Origin: an uncultured Candidatus Binatia bacterium
Lineage (GTDB): Bacteria; Desulfobacterota; Binatia; UBA9968; JAJDTQ01
Direction of reading: 5' to 3'
Length of the DNA stretch: 64,000 nucleotides
Assembly (NCBI GenBank): GCA_965215605.1
Contig: OZ244070.1
Coordinates: 2,048,001 to 2,112,000, forward strand
In this document: positions 57,928 through 64,000 of the stretch, piece after piece
Numbering within the stretch: position 1 is the stretch's first letter
Layout: each line of letters opens with the position of its first letter
The notes under the pieces: model-generated
What the model saw: only the letters and a program-made list of their open reading frames with translations
Database searches by the model: none
What the model was told of the DNA's origin: nothing
Translations under genes and position numbers: made by a program

Positions 57928-60900
57928 GAAGGATCCGTTTCTTGGGCCTGGTGTCTCTCGGCCCTGGCGCGGGAGGGGAAATGGTCCTTGCGGCAGATCT
58001 CCGACACCTCGCAAGACCGGCAATGGGTTCCGGGCTTGATGACGAATTCGCCGGCATGGATGCCTCGCAGGAGCCGGGCGATCACGTCTCGGATCGCTTG
58101 TCCGGACGACCCGTCCCAGGCCGGCGCGGGGAAGGACTTCCGGACCAGGGGCCCCTTGCCCCAATGGCTGGCGATAAAGTAGTACCAGGCCGCTTCGACG
58201 CTCGCGTCCTCGGTGAGACCCCGGCTCTTGGCGTATTCCGCGGCCAGCAGCACGTAGACAGGCAGTTGCAGCTTCCGCCCGCCAATCGCCGCGGCCTCGG
58301 GTCTGTCTTCCCCGTTGCCGGGTCCCTTGCCGGTCTTGTACTTGTAGTCGACGACACGATAGCGGCCGTCCTCGGCATGATGGTCGATACGGTCGAGGCG
58401 GCCGTGCACGGGCAGGTCCCGGAGGTCCTGGGGCCATTCCTCGCCGAGCCGCGTGGTCAGGTAGCTCTCGAACTCCGCGGGGCGGAAGCCCGATCGCCTC
58501 ATCTCCTCCAGGTCCGCCCGGACCGCCTCCCGCAGCACGCCGACAAGCTCTTCGCTGGCCACTTCCCACACCGCCGGGTACCCTGTGGCGTAACGCGCCT
58601 CGAAGGCGGAAACGACTTCGGCGGCCGCGCTGTCGAGCCAGGCGCTCCAGCCGTTCCCCCAGGCGCGGCCGGCATCCTGGTAGAATCGCTGCAGGATTTC
58701 GTGGCAGAGCTGTCCCCATTCCAACGCCTGGACCGGCGCCGCCGTTTCCGGGCGCTCCAGCCGTTCCAGCTTGAGCACGCCGCGGGCGAAGTACTGGAAC
58801 GGGCAGCGGCCGTATGTCTCCAGGGTGGTGGGGGAGACGGCGTTCTCGAGGATCCCGTTCCAGACCTCCTCCAGCGGGCCGGTGACGCCGTCGAACGGCC
58901 CGGCCGTCCCCGCGCCTTCGTCCCGCGCCCGGACCGCCGCCGCGCTCTTGTGGAAGCTCTCCGCCGACACGCCGCCCATGCGGACCAACGAGGTAGGGTC
59001 CGCTCCGTCCACGGCCCGCCGCACCGCCAACTCTTCCGGCAGGAGCCAGCGGTCGTCGTCGAAGGGCGCCACGCGCCGCTTGGCGAGAACGCTCTTGGGA
59101 ATAGGGGTTTCGCCGCCGCCGGCGTCCCCGCCGGATGGGGCCACCTCGCGGAGGTACCAGGACGGCGCCAGCGGGCGCGCGGCCGCATCCGAGCGTTGGT
59201 AGCTGCAATGGAGGTGGTCGGCGGCCGAGCCCCTGAGCAGCGCGAACAGGAGCTTTTCCTCGTCGTACCCCGCCAGTTTGGAGGAGATCTTGAAGCCCAG
59301 GTCCGTCTCCAGGACCCGCCGGGCGTGGTCCCGCAGGAAGGGATCCTCGCGGATGGTGCGCGGGAACACGCCTTCGTTCATGCCCACCAGGAAGAGCGCC
59401 CGGAAGGGGATGCCCCGGGCCGACCCGGCATCCATGACCTGGACCCCCGGCACGACCTCCTCGGACACCGGCACCGCTGCCCGGTCCAGACTGTCACGCC
59501 ACGTCTGGGCGAAGGTGTCGAGGGAGACGGTCGGGGCGATCGCCTCCAGCGCCGCCAGTCCTGTGAAAGTCTGGTCGATGGCCTTTTGCGCTACGGGCGC
59601 CGCTTCGTCCGACCCCGGGTTGAGAAACCGGTCGACGACAGTGTGCCAGGCCGCGGCCAGATCCGACCATCCGCCCTTTTCGGGCAACGCGCTCAGATGC
59701 TCGTGCAGCGTGTTGACGGTCTTGAGCAGCGCGGCGATCTGGTCCGGTTTGATGTGCAGGCGGCCGCCTTCCTCATCGTCCACCAGGCTCAGCTTGAGGC
59801 CCTCGGCGGCGTAGCGTTCCAGCCGGCGCCATTCGGCCATGCCCCGGTTGATGCGCAAGGAGCGGGTGGCCACGTCCCAGAGGTCCGGCCTGGGTTCGGC
59901 GCCGGGGTCCAGGACCGCGTTGAAGTTGAAGTCGTGGGACGCCAGGAGATCGATGACGCCGGCCCGCGGATAGTCCCGGACCGGCAGGTCCAGGAGCGTC
60001 AGCACGGCCCTGACGCGGTTGAAGCGGCGCAGGGGTTCCCGGGCGGGGGTGTGGAACGGAATGCCGTGCTCGGGGAAGATCTCCTGGATCCACGGCAGGT
60101 AGGGGTCCAGGGTGCGCGCCACGACGCCCACGTCCTGGAAGTCGAAGCCGTCCCGCTCCACGAGCCGGAGGAGTTGCTTGGCCACGGCGAGGACTTCGTC
60201 CCGGGGTCCGGCGCAACTGACGATCTCGCGGCGGGAGCCCGGATCCGCCGGCGGACAGGGTTCCGCACCGGGGCCGCCCGGCGAGGCGCCGTTTGCGGTG
60301 CGGTCCTCGACGAGGTCCACGACTTCTTCCGTCCCGGCGAGCCCCCGGAGGTAGCGGTCGTAGAAATCCTGGGCGAAGGACCAGTCCGCATGGCCCTGCA
60401 CGAGAGGATAGAACAGGGTTACCGGGTAGTTGCCGGCAACGCCCCGGAAAAGCTCCAATTGGCTCTGGGTCAGGTCGTAGAAGCCGTAGTAGTAGATGCA
60501 CCGGAACTGCGCCAGGTGGGCCGAGGACGGCGCGTGTTGCGCCGCGGTGGCATCGATGTCCTGGTGGTCCTGGGCCTGCCACTCCGGGAAACGGCGCTTC
60601 ACCTCCCGGTACAGCTCGAAGAGGTCGCCCAGCGCGTTCCGGTCCCGGTTGCCGAACAGCCCCTCGCGTAGCGCGTCCAGGGCGGACTCGGGATCCACCA
60701 TGCCGTCCTTGAGATCCCGCAGGGTCTGCCACAGCGAGGAACAGGCGCCGTCGTTGTCCATGATCCGGGCGAACCGTCCATGGGCCGGCACCACGCGTCT
60801 CAGCGCTTCCTCCATGAACGTCTCGTCGCGCAGCACCGGCCCCGCTGGGCCCCGCATTTCGTGGAACAGGTCCAGGCTGAGTTGGAAGAAGGTGAGGACG

Positions 60901-61082
60901 TGAAAGTTCAGGAGGTGAAGGCCGTGCTCCTTGGCCAGCAGCACCTTGACGCGCCGGCGCAGGGTCTCCGAGGGGACCACGAGGAGCAGCGGGGCCAGCG
61001 GGTCCTGCTCCCGCCGCGCCCGGATCTCCTCCGCCAGGGCGTTTTCCAGGTGGGGATGATAGGGACCGAGAACGATTTTCAT
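57924..61082 (-). CDS. addB: AddB nuclease subunit with Fe-S staple
   Basis: YGFYDLT, GMNEGVFP, RCPFQYF, GRLDRID..VDYK, LQLPVY, CRSC..C; overlaps addA. Confidence 0.88.
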   Translation of the reverse strand: MKIVLGPYHPHLENALAEEIRARREQDPLAPLLLVVPSETLRRRVKVLLAKEHGLHLLNFHVLTFFQLSLDLFHEMRGPAGPVLRDETFMEEALRRVVPAHGRFARIMDNDGACSSLWQTLRDLKDGMVDPESALDALREGLFGNRDRNALGDLFELYREVKRRFPEWQAQDHQDIDATAAQHAPSSAHLAQFRCIYYYGFYDLTQSQLELFRGVAGNYPVTLFYPLVQGHADWSFAQDFYDRYLRGLAGTEEVVDLVEDRTANGASPGGPGAEPCPPADPGSRREIVSCAGPRDEVLAVAKQLLRLVERDGFDFQDVGVVARTLDPYLPWIQEIFPEHGIPFHTPAREPLRRFNRVRAVLTLLDLPVRDYPRAGVIDLLASHDFNFNAVLDPGAEPRPDLWDVATRSLRINRGMAEWRRLERYAAEGLKLSLVDDEEGGRLHIKPDQIAALLKTVNTLHEHLSALPEKGGWSDLAAAWHTVVDRFLNPGSDEAAPVAQKAIDQTFTGLAALEAIAPTVSLDTFAQTWRDSLDRAAVPVSEEVVPGVQVMDAGSARGIPFRALFLVGMNEGVFPRTIREDPFLRDHARRVLETDLGFKISSKLAGYDEEKLLFALLRGSAADHLHCSYQRSDAAARPLAPSWYLREVAPSGGDAGGGETPIPKSVLAKRRVAPFDDDRWLLPEELAVRRAVDGADPTSLVRMGGVSAESFHKSAAAVRARDEGAGTAGPFDGVTGPLEEVWNGILENAVSPTTLETYGRCPFQYFARGVLKLERLERPETAAPVQALEWGQLCHEILQRFYQDAGRAWGNGWSAWLDSAAAEVVSAFEARYATGYPAVWEVASEELVGVLREAVRADLEEMRRSGFRPAEFESYLTTRLGEEWPQDLRDLPVHGRLDRIDHHAEDGRYRVVDYKYKTGKGPGNGEDRPEAAAIGGRKLQLPVYVLLAAEYAKSRGLTEDASVEAAWYYFIASHWGKGPLVRKSFPAPAWDGSSGQAIRDVIARLLRGIHAGEFVIKPGTHCRSCEVSEICRKDHFPSRARAERHQAQETDPS

Positions 61083-61178
61083 CTCCGGGGACTTTGGCAG
61101 ACCCGGCACCCGTTGCCAAGGTCGATTCGGCGCGTCCCGGTCTTGATTCGGGCGCCATGGGTCACTAGTCTCGGCTGC

Positions 61179-61901
61179 GTGAGAGTCCATTTCCTCGGAT
61201 CCGGGGACGCCTTCGGCAGCGGCGGCAGGAACCAGACCGCCTATCTGCTGGAGGACGGCCCGCGCCTCTTCCTCCTCGACTGCGGACCGGCGGCCTTGCC
61301 GGCCCTCAGGCGCGCCGGGTTGGATCCGGCGGACCTCGACGCCGTCATCCTGAGCCACCTGCACGGAGACCACTTCGGCGGACTGCCGTTCTTCTTCATC
61401 CACTACCTTTACGACCGGCCCCGGAGCCGTCCGCTGGAGGTGGCCGGCCCCCCGGGGACCGAGGCGCGCGTGCGCGATCTCATGGCGCTGATGTACGGGC
61501 GGAAGGAGCTGCCTTTCGCCGTTTTCACCGTGCTGGAGCCCGATGCCGTCACCGCCGTGGCCGAGGCCGAGGTGCTGGCCTTCCGGGTCCCGCACCAGAC
61601 CGACGCCGTGTCGCTGGGCCTGCGGGTGACGGTGGCGGGCCGCACCGTGCTTTTCTCCGGGGATTCGAGCTGGACGGACCAGTTCATCACCCATAGCCGG
61701 GACGCCGACCTGTTCATCTGCGAGTGCTGCCACTACGACGCCCCATCACCCGCGCACATGAGCTACGTGGAGATCGCCGCGCGCCGGGAGCGGCTGGAGT
61801 GCAGGCGGCTGATCCTGACGCACATGGGCGAGGAGATGCTGGCCCGGCGCCGGTCCCTGCCGGTGGAGACGGCGGAGGACGGACTGGTGGTGGATTTGTA
61901 G
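61179..61901 (+). CDS. MBL-fold metallo-hydrolase (RNase Z-like)
   Basis: FLGSGDAFGSGGR, SHLHGDH, FSGD, LILTHM. Confidence 0.9.
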   Translation: MRVHFLGSGDAFGSGGRNQTAYLLEDGPRLFLLDCGPAALPALRRAGLDPADLDAVILSHLHGDHFGGLPFFFIHYLYDRPRSRPLEVAGPPGTEARVRDLMALMYGRKELPFAVFTVLEPDAVTAVAEAEVLAFRVPHQTDAVSLGLRVTVAGRTVLFSGDSSWTDQFITHSRDADLFICECCHYDAPSPAHMSYVEIAARRERLECRRLILTHMGEEMLARRRSLPVETAEDGLVVDL

Positions 61902-61965
61902 GGGCGGGTTCAAACTTGGCCGTGTGCGAAACCCGTTATACACCGATGGGGCGCCACGTAACTTC

Positions 61966-61994
61966 TTGACAACCCGGCAAGCGTCTCCTACAAA
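61966..61994 (+). promoter_or_regulatory. Sigma70 promoter, probably leaderless transcript
   Basis: TTGACA-17 bp-TACAAA, then 6 nt to ATG 62001 with no SD. Confidence 0.55.
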
Positions 61995-62000
61995 CCCGCC

Positions 62001-62285
62001 ATGCCTAGAGTTACTTTCATGCCACTGGGACAGAGCTTCGAGGTCGACGACGGCACCACCATCCTGGTGGCGGCCATACGCAACGGCGTCACGCTTCGCC
62101 ACGACTGCACCGAGGCCATCTGCGGCACGGACCGGGTGAAGATCCTCGCCGGAGACAACAACCTGAGCCCCATGGACGACAACGAGGAACTGACCCTGTC
62201 CATGCTCAACGCGGATGCCGCGGAACGCCTGGGCTGCGTCGCCAAGGTGCTCGGTGACGTGATCGTGGAGATACCGGCGGAGTAG
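62001..62285 (+). CDS. [2Fe-2S] ferredoxin (third Cys replaced by Asp)
   Basis: Fer2 fold: HDCTEAICGTDRV..RLGC. Confidence 0.88.
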   Translation: MPRVTFMPLGQSFEVDDGTTILVAAIRNGVTLRHDCTEAICGTDRVKILAGDNNLSPMDDNEELTLSMLNADAAERLGCVAKVLGDVIVEIPAE

Positions 62286-62338
62286 CATCCGTCGCGGCCG
62301 CGAGGGTTCTCCCGCGAACAACCCGGCTGGAGGTCCAA

Positions 62339-63193
62339 ATGAGCAGAGTCAAGGAAGCCCTCGACCGGAACGGCACCCTGGTCATGCCCGGCGTCTACGA
62401 CGCGCTGAGCGCGCGCATCGCCCAACGCGCCGGCTTCGACGTCATCTTCACCACCGGCTACGGCATCTCGGCGACCATGCTGGGCGAGCCGGACTTCGGC
62501 ATCCTCACGCAGACCGAGATGCTGAGCACCATCTACCGCATCTGCGGCGCGGTGCCGACGCCGGTCATCGTGGACTCGGACACCGGCTACGGCAACGCGG
62601 TGAACGTGGTCCGCACCGTCAACGAGCTGATGCGGGCGGGGGCGGCGGGCATGTTCCTGGAGGACCAGGTCTGGCCCAAGCGCTGCGGGCACATGAGGGG
62701 CAAGCAGGTGGTGCCCCTGGACGAGTACCTCAAGAAGCTCAACGCGGCGGTGGCGACCAAGGCGGACGGGGACCTCTTCATCGTGGCCCGCACCGACGCA
62801 CGCCAGGCCCTGGGCCTCGATGAGGCCATCCGGCGCGGCATCGCCTTCAAGGAGAACGGCGCCGACGCCGTGTTCATCGAAGCCCCGGAAAGCCGCGAGG
62901 AGATGCGGGAGATCGCCGGCAACGTGCCGGGGCCGCTGGTGGCCAACATGATCGAGCGCGGCGTCACGCCGCTGATGACCCCGGCGGAGCTGGGGGAGTT
63001 GGGCTTCGCGCTCATCGTCTGGCCCGTGGGTCCGCTCTACTCCGCCGCTCAGGCGCTCAAGAACTACTACACCAACCTCCGGGAGGCCGGCACCGCGGAG
63101 GCCCTCATGGACCGGCTGCTGCCGTTCGACGACTTCCACGACATCGTGGGGCTCGAGGAGAAGTACGCCCTGGACGAGAAGTACCGGACGTGA
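62339..63193 (+). CDS. Isocitrate lyase/PEP mutase family enzyme (methylisocitrate or dimethylmalate lyase-like)
   Basis: YDALSA, DSDTGYG, EDQVWPKRCGH, ARTDA. Confidence 0.92.
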   Translation: MSRVKEALDRNGTLVMPGVYDALSARIAQRAGFDVIFTTGYGISATMLGEPDFGILTQTEMLSTIYRICGAVPTPVIVDSDTGYGNAVNVVRTVNELMRAGAAGMFLEDQVWPKRCGHMRGKQVVPLDEYLKKLNAAVATKADGDLFIVARTDARQALGLDEAIRRGIAFKENGADAVFIEAPESREEMREIAGNVPGPLVANMIERGVTPLMTPAELGELGFALIVWPVGPLYSAAQALKNYYTNLREAGTAEALMDRLLPFDDFHDIVGLEEKYALDEKYRT

Positions 63194-63214
63194 TGCGGCC
63201 GCGTGGCGGCTTCT

Positions 63215-64000
63215 TCAGGGGGTTGCATGCGCGGTGGCGTGGATGATCGTGGCTTCCTTCAGAGGCAGCGGGGTCATGGCCCCGTCGGGCAATTCCACCA
63301 GCATCTCTCTCAACGCTCGCAGATCGACGCTCAGCTTGAGCTCCAGGATCTGCCGGATGAGGTCGGCCATGAGGTCGGTGTCGCTCGCGCGGCCGTCGCG
63401 GTACACCTGGACGTAGGCTTTGCCGTCCATCAAGCCCACCTTGGCGTGCTGGTAGATCACCCGTACGGGCGTGCCTTTGGGCACCCGCGGATACAGGTAG
63501 TCGATGTCCTCGGGATAGAGCCGGATGCAGCCGTGAGTCACCCGGCGGCCGATGGCCCAGGGGTTGTTGGTGCCGTGGATGCCGTAGGTGGTGTGGGACA
63601 AACGCATCCAGTACTTGCCCAACGGGTTGTCCGGCCCCGGAGGGACGACCTTGCGCGGGTGTTCCATCTCGGCCTGGATGGATTTCGGCACGTACCACGT
63701 AGGATTCGTCCGCTTCTCTCCGACGCGGTACTCTCCGGCCGGAGTCTCCTGGCCGTCCACGCCGACGCCCAACGGAAAGGTCATGACCCTGGAGTCGGGC
63801 AGGTAGTAGTACAGTCTCATCTCGGCGATGTTGAGGACCAGCCCCTTCCGTGGGCCGCGGGGAAGAATCCATTGGGCGGGTATGGCGACCCTCGTGCCGG
63901 CGCCGGGCAACCAGGTATCCACGCCGGGGTTCGCCCGCTTGATTTCCAGGTACCCCAGGTGATGAAGGCGGCCGATATCGAGGAGGGTGTCGCTGGTTTT
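63215..64000 (-). CDS. L,D-transpeptidase (ErfK/YbiS family) with LysM-like domain, 5' partial
   Basis: Frame open to window end (KTSDTLLDIGR..ANPGVD), PPGPDNPLG, IHGTN..THGCIRL. Confidence 0.92.
   Translation of the reverse strand, partial: KTSDTLLDIGRLHHLGYLEIKRANPGVDTWLPGAGTRVAIPAQWILPRGPRKGLVLNIAEMRLYYYLPDSRVMTFPLGVGVDGQETPAGEYRVGEKRTNPTWYVPKSIQAEMEHPRKVVPPGPDNPLGKYWMRLSHTTYGIHGTNNPWAIGRRVTHGCIRLYPEDIDYLYPRVPKGTPVRVIYQHAKVGLMDGKAYVQVYRDGRASDTDLMADLIRQILELKLSVDLRALREMLVELPDGAMTPLPLKEATIIHATAHATP

Noticed and set aside
57928-59208. 1550-aa AddA with long N-terminal extension
   Set aside because: The extension is an off-frame read of addB; the real start is MTGPPP at 57927
55405-60671. 925-aa and 909-aa plus-strand ORFs
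   Set aside because: Antisense shadows of addA and addB
61083-61733. N-terminal extension of AddB
   Set aside because: Overlaps the divergent MBL hydrolase; the plausible start is MKIVLGP at 61082
1-64000. tRNA, rRNA, integrase or transposase genes
   Set aside because: No cloverleaf, rRNA-like segment, or DDE/tyrosine recombinase motifs recognised by eye

Overview
GC-rich bacterial chromosomal window. The many amidohydrolase-2, LLM, TctC/Bug, Mo-hydroxylase and CoA-transferase genes suggest a Binatia/Deltaproteobacteria-like heterotroph (inference only). It contains an McrBC restriction system, a contiguous classical menaquinone operon (menF-D-H-B-A-C-E) coupled to an E1 alpha/beta pair without E2, many catabolic genes, nth, addBA, a Phd-PIN toxin-antitoxin pair and four families of intergenic REP-like palindromes. 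Two patterns stand out. (1) Two lower-GC two-gene modules (34586-35829 and 44360-45887) have first genes that share a ~250-aa uncharacterised N-terminal domain but carry different C-terminal tails, each followed by a different toxin-like gene (PIN RNase, now broken; ART-like). This is a candidate sensor-antitoxin/toxin-swapping defence family. (2) Three solo AAA_14/DUF4143 ATPase-nuclease paralogues are each preceded by their own repeat array (33-bp-period palindromes, 23-bp-period direct repeats, and an inverted repeat covering the promoter). Also notable: a [2Fe-2S] ferredoxin with Asp in place of the third Cys ligand, an orphan GrdE-like protein, an EutA-like/bicupin pair without eutBC, and REP elements nested inside other REPs. 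No rRNA, tRNA, CRISPR array or transposase was seen.
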